From a virus (lineage: Duplodnaviria; Caudoviricetes): a stretch of DNA of 64,000 bases. Position 1 is the first letter of the stretch. Each line of letters begins with the position of its first letter. The DNA lies in IMG/VR virus record IMGVR_UViG_3300008107_000020. One strand, 5' to 3'. Of this stretch, positions 61,445 through 64,000 are shown piece after piece. A model generated the notes under the pieces. The model saw only the letters and a program-made list of their open reading frames with translations, was not told the DNA's origin and did not search any database. The position numbers were made by a program, and so were the translations under genes.

Positions 61445-62281
61445 ATGTTATTAAAAGTAGGTTCAAAAGGAGATGATGTAAAAAAACTCCAAGCGAAACT
61501 GGGTACGACAGCTGATGGCGCTTTCGGTCCAGGTACAGAAAAATTAGTTAAAGAATGGCAAGCTGCCAATGGTTTAACAGCTGATGGTATTGTTGGTGAT
61601 GCGACTTGGGCAAAAATGGGTTTAAATGAGGGCGCTGCCCCAGCTAAACCAGCTGCCGCTCCAGTAGCTATCCCACCATCTAGCTTCAAATTAGAAGCAT
61701 TAAAAGGTCATATCCCTGATGCGGTTATTGCTCAGATCCCTGACACAGCAGCTAAATTCAACATTACAAACGTATTAAGATTAGCACATTTCTTGGCACA
61801 GTGTGGTCATGAATCTGGTGGTTTTAAAGCTGTTAGCGAAAACTTAAATTACAGCGCTGATGGTCTTAAAAAAATATTCCCTAAATATTTTCCTGGTAAT
61901 TTAAATGAGTCTTATTCTCGTCAGCCAGAAAAAATTGCTAACCGTGTATATTCATCTCGTATGGGTAATGGTGATGAAGCTTCTGGTGAAGGTTTTAAAT
62001 TCAGAGGCCGTGGATACATTCAATTAACTGGTAAATCAAACTACACAGCGTTTGACAAAATGGTTGAGGAGAATATAATTGAAACGCCAGATCTTGTTGC
62101 AACAAAATATCCTTTAATGTCAGCGGCATTTTTCTTTGATTCAAATAAACTTTGGTCTATATGTGACAAGGGTGCTGATGATGCAACGGTAACAGCTGTT
62201 ACAAAAAGAGTTAATGGTGGTACAATCGGTTTAGCTGATAGAATCAAACATTTTAAAGAATATTACAATTTACTAAAATAA
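61445..62281 (+). CDS. Endolysin: PG_binding_1 domain + GH19 chitinase/lysozyme-like domain
   Basis: LKVGSKGDDVKKLQ..DGAFGPGT..WQ..GL.ADGIVG; AHFLAQCGHESGGF, FRGRGYIQLTGKSNY, VTKRVNGGTIGLADR. Confidence 0.92.
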   Translation: MLLKVGSKGDDVKKLQAKLGTTADGAFGPGTEKLVKEWQAANGLTADGIVGDATWAKMGLNEGAAPAKPAAAPVAIPPSSFKLEALKGHIPDAVIAQIPDTAAKFNITNVLRLAHFLAQCGHESGGFKAVSENLNYSADGLKKIFPKYFPGNLNESYSRQPEKIANRVYSSRMGNGDEASGEGFKFRGRGYIQLTGKSNYTAFDKMVEENIIETPDLVATKYPLMSAAFFFDSNKLWSICDKGADDATVTAVTKRVNGGTIGLADRIKHFKEYYNLLK

Positions 62282-62304
62282 ATAAAAAACTAATAAAAAA
62301 AATT

Positions 62305-62544
62305 ATGGACGAAATTATGGGAATGGTAAAACTATTTGCTGGTACTTACGAAGTTAACGGCTTTATGTTTTGCGATGGTAGAAAATTACCAATTAATGGT
62401 AACGAGGCGCTTTTTAGTATAATCGGTACTATATACGGTGGTGATGGTATCACAACATTTGAGATACCAGATTTAAAAGATAAAGCACCTGAGGGTATGC
62501 ATTATATGATTTGCGTGCAAGGTATTTATCCACCAAGATATTAA
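62305..62544 (+). CDS. Stand-alone phage tail collar domain protein
   Basis: MG.VKLFAG....GFMFCDGR.L.I...ALFSIIGTIYGGDG.TTF.IPDL. Confidence 0.85.
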   Translation: MDEIMGMVKLFAGTYEVNGFMFCDGRKLPINGNEALFSIIGTIYGGDGITTFEIPDLKDKAPEGMHYMICVQGIYPPRY

Positions 62545-62581
62545 TATAATAAAATAAACATAAAACTAAAAAACAATTAAA

Positions 62582-62836
62582 ATGGCATTTGTAAAAAATT
62601 TAAATGGAAAGGCTGTAGAATGTGAGTACGAAGATGGTGCTTTATTGGTACCCGCATCTGGTTATGTAGCTGCTATTGTACAATCCAACGAAATTCATTT
62701 CTTTGGTGCTGCTGATGATGAAGGTGTTATCGCCATCGGTTCAACAGCTAATGGAAGTTCAGTTGAAACATTAACTGAAGCTAAAGCGGCTATTGCTACT
62801 TTAGGTACTTTATTCTTAGATGGTGTTGCTGTCTAA
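62582..62836 (+). CDS. Hypothetical protein
   Basis: 84-aa Ala/Gly-rich ORF with highly-expressed-type codon usage (GCT, GGT), followed by a terminator. Confidence 0.6.
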   Translation: MAFVKNLNGKAVECEYEDGALLVPASGYVAAIVQSNEIHFFGAADDEGVIAIGSTANGSSVETLTEAKAAIATLGTLFLDGVAV

Positions 62837-62855
62837 TTAAAATTAAACAAAAAAT

Positions 62856-62884
62856 AAAGGCTTGGTTTTTACCAGGCCTTTTTT
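62856..62884 (+). terminator. Rho-independent terminator
   Basis: AAAGGCTTGGT-ttt-(t)ACCAGGCCTTT plus T-run. Confidence 0.75.
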
Positions 62885-62895
62885 ATTATTGTACT

Positions 62896-63096
62896 ATGAG
62901 TTTTAACAAAAGATATGTTGACAGTCGTAAAATTTTAATATATAAAGATAGGTTAGAAGACCTCTTTACTAATAAAATTGACGCATTTATATTTAATGAT
63001 AATTTCTCAAAAGAGATATTTGATTTATATGAGGAAAAAAAATTTGATTTAATTAGGGATCGAATACTTGAATATGAGACTAAATCGCTGATCTAA
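62896..63096 (+). CDS. Hypothetical protein
   Basis: 66-aa ORF whose 3' end overlaps the convergent gene. Confidence 0.5.
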   Translation: MSFNKRYVDSRKILIYKDRLEDLFTNKIDAFIFNDNFSKEIFDLYEEKKFDLIRDRILEYETKSLI

Positions 63097-63786
63097 CGGC
63101 TTTACATTTTTATTTAATTCTGAACTAATTGTCGATAAATAACCCTCATAAACAAAACCAATAGACGTTGTTTTTTTAATCGCCTTTGTTATCGATAGAT
63201 TGTAATTACCGACAGTGTTTCTTACCCATATTAAATCATTAGTCGATACAACAGCTGGTTGTAATAATAAATTATGCTCAACGGTGTAATCAGTCACTTT
63301 ATATTTAAACGTATGTCTATAAGAAACTCTTTTACTACCAAACCAGAGTTTTGATATTTCTGATCTGTCATACACATATGCAAGTGAAACACTGCCACCT
63401 AATTTATTAGTCTTAAAAGATTTTTTAAGACCCATACCACCAGAAACACTTAAATCTAAATTTTTAACTAAAGAATGCTCAACAGTTGAAAATAGTATCA
63501 CACTGTAATTGTTTTTAACTTCTTTCCAGGAAAATATATTTAACCTAGCATCCTCAGACTGTTTAATAAATTCGTTATTCTTTTGCCCATAAAATAAAAA
63601 ATAATATGGGTTTAAACTAACCCCAATGTCCTTTTTTTTATTATTAAGTTCATAACTCATTTTAGACGTTATCTGAACATTTTTATTGTTTCCAGTAAGT
63701 AACACCCCACCTAGGTCGAAACTCTTTATTTGGGCCTCTAAATGACCAAAAAAACATACTAATAATACTGTTATAAAATACTTCAT
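63049..63786 (-). CDS. Secreted outer-membrane beta-barrel protein, DUF481/YdiY-like
   Basis: Signal peptide MKYFITVLLVCFFGHLEA|Q; G.LLTGN early; alternating amphipathic strands (SYRHTFKYK, NYNLSITK, SIGFVYE); terminal FSLIFKY strand. Confidence 0.6.
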   Translation of the reverse strand: MKYFITVLLVCFFGHLEAQIKSFDLGGVLLTGNNKNVQITSKMSYELNNKKKDIGVSLNPYYFLFYGQKNNEFIKQSEDARLNIFSWKEVKNNYSVILFSTVEHSLVKNLDLSVSGGMGLKKSFKTNKLGGSVSLAYVYDRSEISKLWFGSKRVSYRHTFKYKVTDYTVEHNLLLQPAVVSTNDLIWVRNTVGNYNLSITKAIKKTTSIGFVYEGYLSTISSELNKNVKPLDQRFSLIFKYSIPN

Positions 63787-63787
63787 A

Positions 63788-64000
63788 TTATAGTTTACTA
63801 ACTGCATCAATTATACCTTTTTTCATAGCAATACCTATTGATGATTTGCTAAATGGCACTTTACCTTCTTTTAGTTCAATAAAAGCGTAGCTAGCTGTTG
63901 TAGCTGACTCGCCAATACCATCAACAACCGTTTCACCAAAATGAAGTTTCAATAATATTTGAGTTGTTTCTGTAGCGGCACCAACACCAGCGATTCTGAA
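63788..64000 (-). CDS. Partial ORF (C-terminal 70 aa), possibly CsgG/HfaB-like envelope protein
   Basis: FRIAGVGAATETTQILLKLHFGETVVDGIGESATTASYAFIELKEGKVPFSKSSIGIAMKKGIIDAVSKL*; family guess from recalled pattern only. Confidence 0.4.
   Translation of the reverse strand, partial: FRIAGVGAATETTQILLKLHFGETVVDGIGESATTASYAFIELKEGKVPFSKSSIGIAMKKGIIDAVSKL

Noticed and set aside
61279-61689. 136-aa - strand ORF and similar antisense ORFs opposite well-supported genes (e.g. 2342, 6590, 17391, 29598, 52012, 58243)
   Set aside because: They overlap confidently identified genes on the other strand and show no motifs.
1-64000. CRISPR array, tRNA/rRNA genes, integrase or transposase, introns or inteins in terL, portal or MCP
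   Set aside because: No repeat-spacer pattern, cloverleaf or catalytic motifs seen; the core genes are uninterrupted and of normal size. A tRNAscan/Infernal run would be needed to exclude small RNAs fully.
1-64000. Eukaryotic giant virus (NCLDV) or bacterial chromosome origin suggested by collagen-like and glyco genes
   Set aside because: gp17/gp20/gp21/gp23/gp55 homologs in T4-like order and bacterial-type promoters and terminators identify a tailed phage.

Overview
An AT-rich segment of a very large T4-like (myovirus-type) bacteriophage genome. The host is probably Bacteroidota, inferred from TAnnTTTG/TTTG promoters, A-rich leaders without Shine-Dalgarno sequences and a DUF4494-like gene. 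From left to right it contains: (i) a first glyco cluster (WbsX-like, GT2, KdsC-like, PhoH, GT-B, GT-A) running into a gp55-like late sigma factor; (ii) baseplate and unknown structural genes, then the terminase-portal-protease-scaffold-major capsid module; (iii) a second glyco cluster directly after the capsid gene (917-aa multi-domain GT, FkbM methyltransferase, GT4, carbamoyltransferase, Aah/TibC-type protein O-heptosyltransferase); (iv) a convergent 17.3-kb gene for a Pro-free, Ser/Thr-rich Gly-X-X fibre of about 5,780 aa ending in a peptidase-S74 chaperone, split by an apparent 14-nt deletion; (v) ClpC, KTSC, 2OG-Fe(II) oxygenase, nucleotidyltransferase, dNMP kinase, UvrD-like helicase, GH19 endolysin, a stand-alone tail-collar domain and an outer-membrane beta-barrel. 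The best candidate for a new system is a phage-encoded protein O-glycosylation pathway acting on a giant collagen-like virion fibre. Supporting details are an RNA leader that sequesters the fibre start codon unless a TATTTATA promoter is used, and a truncated second copy of the heptosyltransferase N-terminus. A probable -1 frameshift at an A10 run (56028-56037) joins two ORFs. All family calls come from motif recognition by eye; no searches were run.
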